From Epiperipatus broadwayi (Eukaryota; Animalia; Onychophora): a stretch of 64,000 nucleotides of DNA. Position 1 is the stretch's first letter, and each line of letters begins with the position of its first letter. This document shows positions 13,736-24,925 of this stretch, piece after piece. Location: the NCBI GenBank assembly GCA_028023455.1, contig JAQFVV010000005.1, positions 6,758,001 through 6,822,000 of the forward strand. The letters are read 5' to 3'. The translations under genes were made by a program, and so were the position numbers. The notes beneath the pieces are model-generated. The model did not search any database and was not told the DNA's origin. It worked only from the letters and a program-made list of their open reading frames with translations.

Positions 13736-14556
13736 ACCAACTGATGATTGCTGGTTTAGCATGAAATATGCATCATCATCATCATCAACCATTATCAATC
13801 CACTGCAGGATGAAGGTCTCTCCAAGTTTAATCCATCTTCTCTGATCTTTAGCTTCTCTTCTCCACATCACCCCTGCACACTTTCTTATTTCATCCATCT
13901 CACATGTGGTCTCTTTCTGGGTCTTTTACAATCTCTTGGAATCCAATTTAAAATTTCAATTGTCCATCTATTATCATCTCTTCTAGCAATATGTCCAGCC
14001 CAACTCCACTTCAATCTTTTAATTTTTTCAATGTGGTCAGTAACACCTGTTTGTTCTCTTATCCATACATTGCGTTTTCGATCTCTTCTTGTTACTCCCA
14101 ACATACATCTCTCCATACTTCTTTGAGTGGTTTGAAGTCTCTGTATTGCTCTTCTATTAAGTGTCCAAGTCTCAGATCCATAAGTAAGAACCGGTAAAAC
14201 CCGATTGTTAAAAACCTTCCTTTTTAAACACATAGGCATATTTCCTTTTAGTATCAAGTTATTTCTACCAAAAGCACTCCAACCAAGTTTAATTCTATGA
14301 TTAATTTCTTCCATTATGTTTCCATCTGTATTAATAATCTGACCAAGGTATTTGTAACTGTTAACTTCTTCTAATTCATCATAATCAATCTTTATTTTCA
14401 TATTTTGAGCAAATCGATTAAACATTACTTTAGTCTTTTTAACATTTATCTTTAGTCCTACTTTCCTACTTTCATCTGATAATTCCTGCAACATATCCTG
14501 CAGCTCTGAAGCATTATTGGAAAAAACAACTACATCATCTAAATACGCATATTGGT
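13736..14556 (+). ncRNA. Hammerhead motif split by an RTE insertion
   Basis: Removing 13774-14540 and one TSD copy gives ACCAA CTGATGA T-TGCT-GGTTT-AGCA-T GAAA TACGCA TA TTGGT (stem I ACCAA/TTGGT, stem II TGCT/AGCA). Confidence 0.6.
13774..14540 (-). mobile_element. 5'-truncated RTE-clade LINE
   Basis: ORF 13886-14494 encodes the RT C-terminus (YKYLGQ, LTYGSETW, KWSWAGHIARR); (ATG)n 3' tail at ~13771-13786; 10-bp TSD aaatatgcat 13764-13773 / aaatacgcat 14541-14550; highly similar to 28260-28793. Confidence 0.9.
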
Positions 14557-14663
14557 GATTATTTATCTTTTCAACATATATGTGTTCAAGTGTATCAGTG
14601 TTATGAGATAGAGTGGAGAGTGGTGGATGATGTGAAAGTCTATGCTCATATACCCTATATACT

Positions 14664-14693
14664 ACTACTGTATGGAGAGTTTTGCCTGTTTAA
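14664..14693 (+). repeat. Short fragment of the ~450-bp family
   Basis: actactgtatggagagttttgcctgtttaa matches 7532-7561. Confidence 0.6.
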
Positions 14694-15278
14694 GATCTAA
14701 GTTTATATATTTAACACTAATTTTGTTTATAGTCCTCTCTTAATATTTTAAATAATTCCAACAGTTTTATAGTAAATAGTTATATTTGTAGCTAATACAT
14801 TTACTGTGCATATTAGTGGAATTACTGGTATTGAAACTTAAAATACTGATCTATGTGTGGGTGTTTTCAAAGTGATTTCATTTCATTCTATGTTTCTTTA
14901 GTATTCCTTTAATTGTTAATTAAAATATTGATGTTTGATCAAATTGTAATAAAATGCTATAGAAATTAATAATAAGAGCCAAAACTAGACATTTGAAATT
15001 AAGCAAACCAAGACAATAATTCTTGGTAAGAAACTATTATACTTGAATATAGCAAAATGAAAATTATAGCAATAGATTAATTAAAAAAGAAATTTGAATA
15101 AAAGAATAAATATAATTATATTTAATAGAAAAATATGAAAATTTTAAAAAAAAATGTAAATTATAAGAATTCAATTTGGCTTTAAGAAATCAAAACACAT
15201 ATCAAGTTTGCAAATTATAAACATATCACAAAATACTCTCATTCCAAATACGTTACTCAAAATTATTTTGCAGGAAAA

Positions 15279-15432
15279 ATATTGGATGAGTAGGCATTAG
15301 ATAGGGATTTTATACAAAAACTGTCTTACGTCCATTGATTACTGTGGCTTGCACTGAGTGGCGCTACTGTATGGAGAGTTTAGCCTCTGTGTAAACAGCT
15401 TGTGTAAGCATAAATAATGGTGATCATGTGAT
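15279..15432 (+). repeat. Fragment of the ~450-bp family starting just 3' of the hammerhead
   Basis: atattggatgagtaggcattagat...actgtatggagagtttagcc...gtaagcataaataatggtgatcatgtgatg aligns to 7864-7980 and to the 4703 repeat unit. Confidence 0.7.
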
Positions 15433-17790
15433 GGTTTAAATTAACTTTTCATATAATATATAATTTCTATATAAAACAAGACATAATGAATATTTACTAT
15501 TATAAACATAAATTATGTATATATTCTTTAAATAATTAACCTGCTACACAAAGTTAGAATAGAAATTTTGTTAATTTTGATATATTATAACAAAAACATG
15601 CTAATTGCAATAACATGCCTTAGATTTAAATTAAATTATCATTTGTAAATAATAATTATTTTATGCATTTAGCAGATTTTTCTATTTCAAGCAGACGAAT
15701 TAATATGATTAATATTTTTATATATCAACCATATTAATGGTCAGACTGGTATGATATAAAATATATGACCTGCAACCTTTCCAGACTATTGCACTTGCTC
15801 TATGGCTAAAAGAAGCAAACACCTCTTCAGTGGATGTTTGTATTTGTATTGGGATGATTCCCAGGCACCATCTAGCCTAGACTCATTAGAAGATCCTCAA
15901 TAAAGAGGTTAAAAATGCTTCTGGCACTTATTTTACATGACTAGCACAAAGAACAGGAAACTGGTTTAATCAGACTATCAGAGGAAGTATATTCATAATG
16001 CATGTATATAATTAACCCTACATTTATTTAATACTCTTATATGGTAATCAAAATTTTATATAGTGAGGTAGAGAGAGAACTGAGGCAATTTAACAAATTA
16101 AAAATAAGTTTATTTACACACAAGCAGAACAAAAGTAAAGCATTAGCATAATAGTCAAATTAAAGTGAAGTAAATTAATTATGGCCTTCTTTCATAAGGA
16201 TTAGTCCATTTTTAAAATAAGGGTAAACAACCCAATTGCATTTAATTATAAAGTCTCAAACAAATAACAGTTTGTCTAGACATTGAATTTGGTATTTTAT
16301 TTTTACCTAGGTTTTTGTTACAGCTTTGCTTCTGGGGTGATCACCCCTCTCCTCATTGAAGATAATAGAGTTTATTAGCAAGTATTCCTAGCTACTTTTG
16401 GCAGCTGTTTGCTCCTCTATTCTAGATTGATACTGTAAGGATGACCCACAATTCTATCTAGATTAGCCTGCAAATATCCACAGCAACAAATTAAAACCAT
16501 TCGAACATAACCTATTCAGTAAATGTTTAAATAGACATTATTAAATGTCTTATAATATAACCATGCACATATATGCACACATGTGACAAGAGTTTATTTT
16601 ATTTAAACTTTAGATAATGTCACAATGAACTAGTTTATTAATTATAAAGAAATGCAGAGAAAAAAAACCATTTGGTGAAATCTTTTATATATATGTATGT
16701 AAACTTAGGCTAACAATAAGATTTTATCAATGTATAGAGTGTCACAACTTATGACTTTAACTCAGTAGGCATAGCAATGACCTGATATCGAGTCAATATG
16801 TCAATAACCAAGTGTTTAAAAAATAATAATAATAAGAGAAAAGAATGAATGAAGTTTTACTACATAATTTTATGATAGAATCTTGCTCCATAATTTTAGT
16901 TTTGTGTATGACCAGGAGGTATATGCAATAATTGATACACTACATTTTTTTAAAAAAAAAAAGAAATCGAAGAACTGGTATTCTAGATAATGGAAGTTAA
17001 TGGTAGTATAAAAACAAACACCATTCTTTTCCATTCTCTTCCATTATTCATCAAAATTTATGATAAGTACGCTCTATTAATATAACAAGATAGAACAAAA
17101 AAATGGATGATTTATTCGAAGATTTTATTTAAATCATATAATTTTCACTTCGCAAAAATTAAAATGAACTTGTAATCAAATTCTGAAACAGAAAGGATTA
17201 CTGATTTCTAGTAATTTATAAAGGAATCGAATTAATTTATTTTGAATTGATAATCAAAAATAACAGACTATGTCATTATTCGAAACAAAAAAAAAGGAAG
17301 GAAGAAATAACACATCGTTGACATATATATACATATATAAGTTATGAGATAAGAGTGTTCTTTGCTTTATTCACTAAATCTCAATAACCAGCTGAAGTAA
17401 ATTAATTTATATGTGTGTGTGTGTGTTATTAAACAATGCATTCCTGCTAAACAAATCACCATAGAATCAAAATCCTATTCTTCTAACCAGTGAAGCATGA
17501 TGATTATTTAATTTTCTGATATACTCAAGGCCCATAGAAACATTAAACATCCCACATGTAATGTCTAAATGAATTCGTGAAGAAAACAATTGCCAGAATG
17601 GAGATGTCATTTTTCTGAGCATATTGCTGAAGGTTTCAAGCAGTCAAGGAAAGAGTCGTTATAGTATGATAAAATAAAGTGATAGGGTGTATCCATAAGA
17701 GACATTATTGCCACAATTGCCAACTTTAATCAAGATTATTGAAGGAGATATGAGCTTTTTTTATTATTTCATGTTAGATTTTTTTTTGTT

Positions 17791-18376
17791 TGTAAGACTG
17801 CTATGTTCGGACTCTAATTACATACAGCAACTTATTCTGTTTTTGCGAACATGTACTAGCATATATAGTTTTAAAGAAAAGAACTCTCAGAGTGACAGTC
17901 AGGTTAAACTATTTAATAACAATTTGGAAAAGGTTACAGAGTATAATTAGTTACAACGAATTATGGTAATCAAAAAGTATACAAAATTTTACATAAGTAA
18001 TTTTACCGTACTTTTATCTGTGCCATTAGGCTTACTAATAAATAATAATATAGACCGAGTTGGCCTTTAAAGTTGCCTAGATCCCTCCTTTGTACCTTCA
18101 GTGGGGATTCACTGGGTAAGAAAAGCCAGTCCAGGTCCTTCTTCTGATTTAGAGTGTCCGATCTTCAGCACCAGATATCTTTTATAGTTAGTTCCCCTTC
18201 CAGACTGTGAGCATAGGATTCTGTGGACATTCTCCCCCATTGGTCATTTATATCCATAACTATTCCTATTGGTTTGCAGTGCTACATGCTCAATCCGGTT
18301 TAATATTCATGCTCGATCTGAGCAAGTCTATACAACTTGTGTGCACGTGATTTGATTAGCGCAGCACACAGCACTA
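17791..18376 (-). repeat. 3' LTR
   Basis: Nearly identical to 22689-23249; the plus strand starts TGTA; a purine tract lies immediately inside. Confidence 0.85.
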
Positions 18377-18390
18377 TCCCCCACTACTCC
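18377..18390 (-). other. Polypurine tract
   Basis: Minus strand GGAGTAGTGGGGGA abuts the 3' LTR. Confidence 0.6.
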
Positions 18391-18749
18391 TGAGAAAAGC
18401 CTGCTTCTCTGGAGTCACACATATTCTTTTAATAGTCTATTTCTTCATTCAATAGTAATTATCGAATTCGTTTTTTGGCTTTCAGTATCACTTAGTAAAC
18501 TACTATTATTGCTTATTTTACAAATGTTCTTTAATAAATAACACAATTCCCATGCGGCCAAAATCCCGTTATTTAATTATTCCGAGTTGCATCAGACAAA
18601 ACGGTTCCGTAATAATAAAACTTATGTATATAGTCAAAATTTGCATGCGTAGTTCATTTAAAATTTAAAACAAATAAAACAAACAAATGCTTACACTAGA
18701 GTTAATTTTAAGCATGCCATTCTACTGCTGGTTTGTTACCATTTATTAA

Positions 18750-19769
18750 CTAGTGACATATATAGTCTTGTAAATAGGCAGGTGGGCGACGTTTACGACG
18801 GAGTCTGTTTTCTTCATGATCGCCAGTCGCATTCAATCCGGGATGCTGTATCATGGTTTCCTCTGGAACTCCTGCTGTTTCATCACCTAACTCTATGAGG
18901 TCTTCTGCACCATGTTTATTAACGACATTTTGATTTTCGAGTGGATCTTCATCTAGAGTTTCTATATTGTAGTCGAAATTCACTTCTGTCCAGTTTTTCC
19001 GGACATGATTTATGTGTCGACGGTAGCTTGCTCCCGAGTTGGTTTTTATTTCAACGATTTGGTCTGAAATAATCCTGGTTATTACACCTTCTGTCCACGT
19101 CTTGCGTAGTGTATCGCACATCCATACATTATCTCCGGCAGCATAAGTATTTTTCATAATTGGTGGCGATTTTCCATGATCAGGCATCAGAATGGTCAGC
19201 TTGTTACGCAGTTTTCTGCCCATCAATATTTCAGCTGGTGATTTCCCAGTAGATGTGGTGGGCATAATGTGTTGGTGCAGCATTGCAATGTTTAGCGCCT
19301 CGGATAGGTTGGTTTTATTTAATCTATTTAATACTAGTTTCAAATGTTGTACCGCCTTTTCCGCGATTCCATTGGATTCCGGGTGATACGGAGGAGAATG
19401 GATGTGATTTATTCCCCACTCTTCCACAAATGATTTGAATTCGTCGGAAGTAAAAGCAGTCCCATTGTCGGAAACCAAGACTTCTGGTGATCCCTGGTGT
19501 GCGAATATTTCGCTTAAAATACGAATTGTTTCTGCAGAACTAGTATTTTTGGCAATCTTGTATTCTGCCCATTTTGAGCCAGCATCTATCAACACCAAAA
19601 TCATTTTGCCATTTATTGGTCCAGCATGGTCTATGTGGACCCGGCTCCAAGGTTTATCCGTTTTGGGCCACGGTGTAAATTTCTTTGGAGGTATGTTTAC
19701 GGTTGATTGGCAGGATTTACATTTTTTAATGAACATTTCTATGTCCGTACCCATGCCCGGCCAATACAC
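18750..19769 (-). CDS. Gypsy integrase (H2C2 end, rve core, SH3-like tail)
   Basis: YWPG...CKSCQ; RVHIDHAGP; VSDNGTAF; HPESNGIAE; TGKSPAEILMGR. Confidence 0.9.
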   Translation of the reverse strand: MYWPGMGTDIEMFIKKCKSCQSTVNIPPKKFTPWPKTDKPWSRVHIDHAGPINGKMILVLIDAGSKWAEYKIAKNTSSAETIRILSEIFAHQGSPEVLVSDNGTAFTSDEFKSFVEEWGINHIHSPPYHPESNGIAEKAVQHLKLVLNRLNKTNLSEALNIAMLHQHIMPTTSTGKSPAEILMGRKLRNKLTILMPDHGKSPPIMKNTYAAGDNVWMCDTLRKTWTEGVITRIISDQIVEIKTNSGASYRRHINHVRKNWTEVNFDYNIETLDEDPLENQNVVNKHGAEDLIELGDETAGVPEETMIQHPGLNATGDHEENRLRRKRRPPAYLQDYICH

Positions 19770-19829
19770 ATAACTGCGGGCTAGAGCTTTTGCGCGAATC
19801 GACCCCTGGATGCCCTTGATGCAACATTT

Positions 19830-20540
19830 CTAATATCTTAGAACGACCACCGGTGGAACCAATACTTTATCTGCAATTACTATGCATCCCTTTAATGTCG
19901 ACAGTTGCTGACGCATATTCCATAATGACCTATGTAAATAATGTGGTCGTTTGTTAGGCCATCCTTTCATAATCCAGTTTACCAGTGCCTGGTATCCAGC
20001 TGTTTCTTGAGTCCATCTGGCTATAGTGTTGCTATTTATAATTTCCGGCTTCCAATGGTCCAAGTAATTTACGTCTACTTCGGTGTCCGCTTCCTCTGTT
20101 ACATCTGGTATGCGTGAAAGCGCGTCCGCATGTTGAATTTGACTACCTTTCTGATGTACGAGTTCGTAATCGTATGCAGACAGTAAATTATACCAGCGAA
20201 TCATTCGCGAGCTCAAATGGTCAGGGGCGGCTTTTTTATTGGCGAATATCCCCAACAATGGACGGTGGTCTGTTATTATTTTAACTGATCGGCCGTAAAT
20301 GTATTGGTGGAATTTCCAAACTGCTGTTACAATGGCCAATGCCTCCTTGTCCAATTGGCTGTAATTTTTTTCAGCTTTTGACAACGTTCTAGACATGTAT
20401 GCTATTGGGCGTTCGCTATTCTGTGACAGATGACTGAGTACCGCCCCAATTCCGTATTCGTATGCATCCGTTGTTAATGTGATGTCGAGGCTACTGTTAT
20501 AATGTACTAACAAGTGGTTTGATGTTAGCAGTGCTTTCAT
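19830..20540 (-). pseudogene. Gypsy RNase H region
   Basis: TTDAYEYGIGAVL, YSQLDKEALAI, TDHRPL, HADALSR; the frame breaks on both sides. Confidence 0.9.
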
Positions 20541-21940
20541 TTTCTGAAAAACGCTCTCTTGCGGGTTCTTCCAACACCATCATTGATTTTTGCGAAGTAA
20601 CTCGTACAAAGGTGTGGCTACATGTGCTTTTCCTTCAGAAAATTTTCGAAAAAATTAACCAATCCTAAGAAAGCCTGCAGTTCTTTGACGTTTTTGGGCT
20701 TTGGTGCATTTATGATAGCTTTAATTTTATCCGGATCGGGTCTAACACCAGTGCTTGATATGATGTGGCCTAAAACTTTATTTCTTTAGCACACCAAATA
20801 CATTTTTGCATGTTTAGCTTTGCACCAAAATTCTCTAGCCGTTCGCAAACTTCGTCTAATCTAATTTGTAATTCCGCTTTGGATTCCACTGTTACCAGAA
20901 TGTCGTCAAAATATGGCATTGTTCCTTTCAGTCCCTCCAACAGCGTGTCTATTTTAGCTTGAAAAGCGTTCAGGGTGATTTTTACACTCGAAAGGTAAGC
21001 GATTATAATTATACAATCCCTTGTGTGTTGTTATGGTAAGGAGCGCTGCCGTTTCCTTTGTCACTGGAATCTGATGAAAAGCGTCATTTAAATCTAACTT
21101 TGCAAAAAAATTTGCGCATTCCAATCCAGCTAATATCTCTCTAACATTTGGAACAGGTTATGGGCTTTTGGCAATACTTTTGTTTACAGTTAGTCTGTAG
21201 TCCCCGCATATTCGGACTTGTCCGTTTTGTTTTGCTACGATCACTATAGGAGTAGCCCATTCTGAGTCTTCGACTGGAGTCAACACATCTTTCTTTATCA
21301 TGTCCTCTAAAGCTTCTTCAACTCTTGATTTCATAGCAAAAGGTATTTTCCTAGGCTTGCAGTGAACTGCTTTTGCACCTTCGCGAAGCTCAATTTCCAT
21401 GGCTGTCGTAGTGATTCGTCCCTGTTCTTCGGTAAACAGTTTAGGGAATTTAAGTTTTATTTCCCTTTCGATGTTAATTTTGTTTACCATACAGATCTTA
21501 ATGCCTAACGGGGTAAACCATTCCCTACCTAATAAGGGTGCTATATTGCCCTTGACAATATATAGGTTTAGTTTTTTCCAGCGATTGTTTATGGCTACCA
21601 TAACCTCTACTACTCCGACTATTTGAATAGGATTCCCATTTGCATCATTTGCCTTGAGTTCTGTTTTAGCTACTCTTGGCTGGTTTTTAACGTTTTTATT
21701 TATCTCAGACCAATCCCTTTGCGATATGATGGACACCCCAGCTCCACTGTCTATCTCCATTTCTATAGCTTTGTTACATATCTCTACTGCTAACATTATT
21801 TGTTGACAGCTTTTGGTCTCTGCCTTATTTATTTCGGTATAACGTTCCGATTTGGCATATCTGTTTACTGGGGATTTGTCATTCGCTCTAGTTCTATTTT
21901 TAGTATGGCAAACTTTCGCCAGGTGTCCAACTCTCCGCAT
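20541..21940 (-). pseudogene. Gypsy protease + reverse transcriptase (frameshifted)
   Basis: EIDSGAGVSII, WATPIVIVAK, VRICGDYRLTVN, GTMPYFDDILV. Confidence 0.9.
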
Positions 21941-21943
21941 TTA

Positions 21944-22606
21944 TTACATTTTTGCATTTTTCCAGCTGCATTCACGTGCAATGTGTCCAATTTTGCCGTA
22001 GCGATAACATTCAGTTTTCGAGTTTGGTAGCTCTTCTGTTTTGCTTATTGAAGTTTGTTTTGTAGCATCCAGGTTAGCTTGTTGGAATTCTTTGGAGCTG
22101 CTTATAACTAGTTCGTGGGACATCCCTCTTTTGATAGCCTCAGAATACGTCAGATCTGGGATGGCCAATAGTTGTTGACGTAATTTGTCATCGCTCATCC
22201 CCCATAAAAACTGATCTAATAGTGCTTCTTCTAGGTCTACATAAGCACCCTTTCACACCAAATCTCTTAAGGCGGTATCAAAATCTCTACACTTTTCTCC
22301 CTTTATTTGGCGTCTGTTGCACAAGTGTAGGCGAGCAATGTGTTTTGACGGTTCTGGGCTAAAATGGTTATTCAGCTGCCCAACTAGATCGGAGTACAAT
22401 AGTTTTTCCGGTTCTTCGGGTCCACATAATTGGTTTGCAACTTCAATTACACCTGGTCCACCGAAAAGTAATAGTGTGGCTACTTTCGTTATGTCATCTT
22501 TGATTTTGTTAACAATGAAATAATATTCAATATGTTTTGTATATTGGGGCCACTCGGAAGGACTATTAACATCGAATTCACAAATACCTGGCTGAGTTGT
22601 AGCCAT
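21944..22606 (-). pseudogene. Mag-type gag with zinc knuckle (frameshifted)
   Basis: EFDVNSPSEWPQY...YYFIVNKI; LNNHFSP; LRQQLL; CYRYGKIGHIAREC. Confidence 0.85.
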
Positions 22607-22668
22607 CTTCCTTGGTAACTAACTGTTGACACCTTTTCTCTTTTTAGTTTAACCACTTTGTCCTCTTT

Positions 22669-22686
22669 CAACTGTCAACTGCGCCA
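22669..22686 (-). other. Primer-binding site
   Basis: Minus strand ...TACA at TGGCGCAGTTGACAG: TGG begins 2 nt after the LTR's CA end; complementary to a tRNA 3' end ...CUGCGCCA (identity not established). Confidence 0.7.
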
Positions 22687-22688
22687 AT

Positions 22689-23249
22689 TGTATGCTATGT
22701 TCGGACTCTAATTACATACAGCAACTTATTCTGTTTTTGCGAACATGTACTAGCATATATAGTTTTAAAGAAAAGAACTCTCAGAGTGACAGTCAGGTTA
22801 AACTATTTAATAACAATTTGAAAAGGTTACAGAGTATAATTAGTTACAACTGAATTATGGTAATCAAAAAGTATACAAAATTTTACATAAGTAATTTTAC
22901 CATACAATTATCTGTGCCATTAGGCTTACTAATAAATAATAATATAGACCGAGTTGGCCTTTAAAGTTGCCTAGATCCCTCCTTTGTACCTTCAGCAGGG
23001 ATTCACTGGGTAAGAAAAGCCAGTCCAGGTCCTTCTTCTGATTTAGAGTGTCGGATCTTCAGCACCAGATATCTTTTATAGTTAGTTCCTCTTCCAGACT
23101 GTGAGCATAGGATTCTGTGGACATTCTCCCCATTGGTCATTTATATCCATAACTATTTCTATTGGTTTGCAGTGCTACATGCTCAATCCGGTTTAAAATT
23201 CATGCTCGATCTGAGCAAGTCTATACAACTTGTGTGCACGTGATTTGAT
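22689..23249 (-). repeat. 5' LTR, truncated by the gap
   Basis: Colinear with 17791-18357 up to the N run. Confidence 0.9.
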
Positions 23250-23749
23250 NNNNNNNNNNNNNNNNNNNNNNNNNNNNNNNNNNNNNNNNNNNNNNNNNNN
23301 NNNNNNNNNNNNNNNNNNNNNNNNNNNNNNNNNNNNNNNNNNNNNNNNNNNNNNNNNNNNNNNNNNNNNNNNNNNNNNNNNNNNNNNNNNNNNNNNNNNN
23401 NNNNNNNNNNNNNNNNNNNNNNNNNNNNNNNNNNNNNNNNNNNNNNNNNNNNNNNNNNNNNNNNNNNNNNNNNNNNNNNNNNNNNNNNNNNNNNNNNNNN
23501 NNNNNNNNNNNNNNNNNNNNNNNNNNNNNNNNNNNNNNNNNNNNNNNNNNNNNNNNNNNNNNNNNNNNNNNNNNNNNNNNNNNNNNNNNNNNNNNNNNNN
23601 NNNNNNNNNNNNNNNNNNNNNNNNNNNNNNNNNNNNNNNNNNNNNNNNNNNNNNNNNNNNNNNNNNNNNNNNNNNNNNNNNNNNNNNNNNNNNNNNNNNN
23701 NNNNNNNNNNNNNNNNNNNNNNNNNNNNNNNNNNNNNNNNNNNNNNNNN
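23250..23749. other. Assembly gap (500 N)
   Basis: Run of N. Confidence 1.
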
Positions 23750-23921
23750 TTTAAGGCCACATTTATGAAAAATAAAAACAAGTTAGTCTTGTAACCTGCT
23801 ATCACTTGTTATTTATGATCAATGAATGCCGTCTTTGCCAAAACCACCAAAAACAAATTGTAGAAATATTTTTATTTATAAACGCAAAGGTCAGAATTAG
23901 CTACCTCTTTCATTTTGCTCA

Positions 23922-23968
23922 CCTCCAGATCAGCTGATTTCAAGCTGGTTTGCTTTCGTCAGTGGAAG
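23922..23968 (-). ncRNA. Type I hammerhead ribozyme, fully canonical core
   Basis: CTTCCA CTGACGA AAGC-AAACCA-GCTT GAAA TCAGCTGA TC TGGAGG: stem I 6 bp, stem II 4 bp, stem III palindrome ATCAGCTGAT, predicted cut after AUC. Confidence 0.85.
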
Positions 23969-24327
23969 GATAGAGCTATAGAAACTAGGTCTAAAGACTG
24001 ACTCCCAAGCGCTGTAAAACATTTATATCAGTTTGCAAGCGTGAATTATTCAGAACGGTAAAGTCTTCAAGCTCAGCCTAGCAAGCTAGATATCTATATG
24101 GGTCTGATCTCAGTTGGTTTCACCTTAGACAAAGTCTCTGTAATATATGTCATTGCAAGAAAACTTTAAAGGCCACATTTATGAAAAATAAAAACAGGTA
24201 GTCACGTAACCTGCTATCAGCATTAGCTGTGATCAATAGATGGAGTCTTTGCCCGACACGCTGAAACAAGTGTAATTTTTACATAAACGCAAAGGAGTCA
24301 GAATTAACTACCTCTTTCATTTGCTCA

Positions 24328-24374
24328 CCTCAGATCAGCTGATTTCAAGCTGGTTTGCTTTTCGTCAGTGGAAG
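24328..24374 (-). ncRNA. Type I hammerhead ribozyme, unit 2
   Basis: CTTCCA CTGACGA A AAGC-AAACCA-GCTT GAAA TCAGCTGA TC TGAGG (two 1-nt indels versus unit 1). Confidence 0.75.
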
Positions 24375-24886
24375 GATAGAGCTATAGAAACTAGGTCTAA
24401 AGACTGACTCCCAGCGCTTATGCAAAACGTTTATATCAGTTTGCAAGCGTGAATTTTTCAGACCGGTAAAGTCTTCAAACTCAGCCTAGCAAGCTAGATA
24501 TCTATATGGGTCTGATCTCAGTTCAGTTTCACCACATAGTCAAAGTCTCTGCAATATATATCATTGCAAGAAAACTTTAAAGGTACATTTATGAAAAATA
24601 AAAACAAGTTAGTCACATAACCTGCTATCACTTGTTATTTATGATCAATAGATGGCGTCTTTGTTTTTATTTTTCATAAATGTACCTTTAAAGTTTTCTT
24701 GCAATGATATATATTGCAGAGACTTTGACTATGTGGTGAAACTGAACTGAGATCAGACCCATATAAATATCTAGCTGCTGGAAACTGAGGTTTGAAGACA
24801 CGTCTGAAAAAATTCACACTTGAAAGCTGATAAGCGTTTTGCATAAGGAAACGGGGGCTTTGGATTTTTAGTTTCTATAGTCTATC

Positions 24887-24925
24887 CTTCCACTGATAGC
24901 AAACCGGCGAAATCAGCTATTGAAG
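24887..24925 (+). ncRNA. Degraded hammerhead copy in the inverted arm
   Basis: cttcca ctgata gc aaacc ggc gaaa tcagct attgaag, at the same position in the unit. Confidence 0.45.

Larger units (their letters stand above)
17791..23249 (-). mobile_element. Ty3/Gypsy LTR retrotransposon, Mag-like (K02A2.6-type), frame-disrupted
   Basis: Paired LTRs, PBS and PPT; on the minus strand gag with CCHC knuckles, protease DSGAG, RT YFDD (~20900), RNase H and integrase, in Gypsy order. Confidence 0.95.

Noticed and set aside
18130-18175. CTGAAGA in the Gypsy LTR (minus strand)
   Set aside because: No closing stem II followed by GAAA and UH.
23221-23805. ORFs 23221-23805 and 23230-23754
   Set aside because: Artefacts of translating the N gap.
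24166-24693. Kolobok-like TTAAAGG termini in the 415-bp array
   Set aside because: The motif is an internal point of each tandem unit; the apparent TIR pair is created by the inversion.
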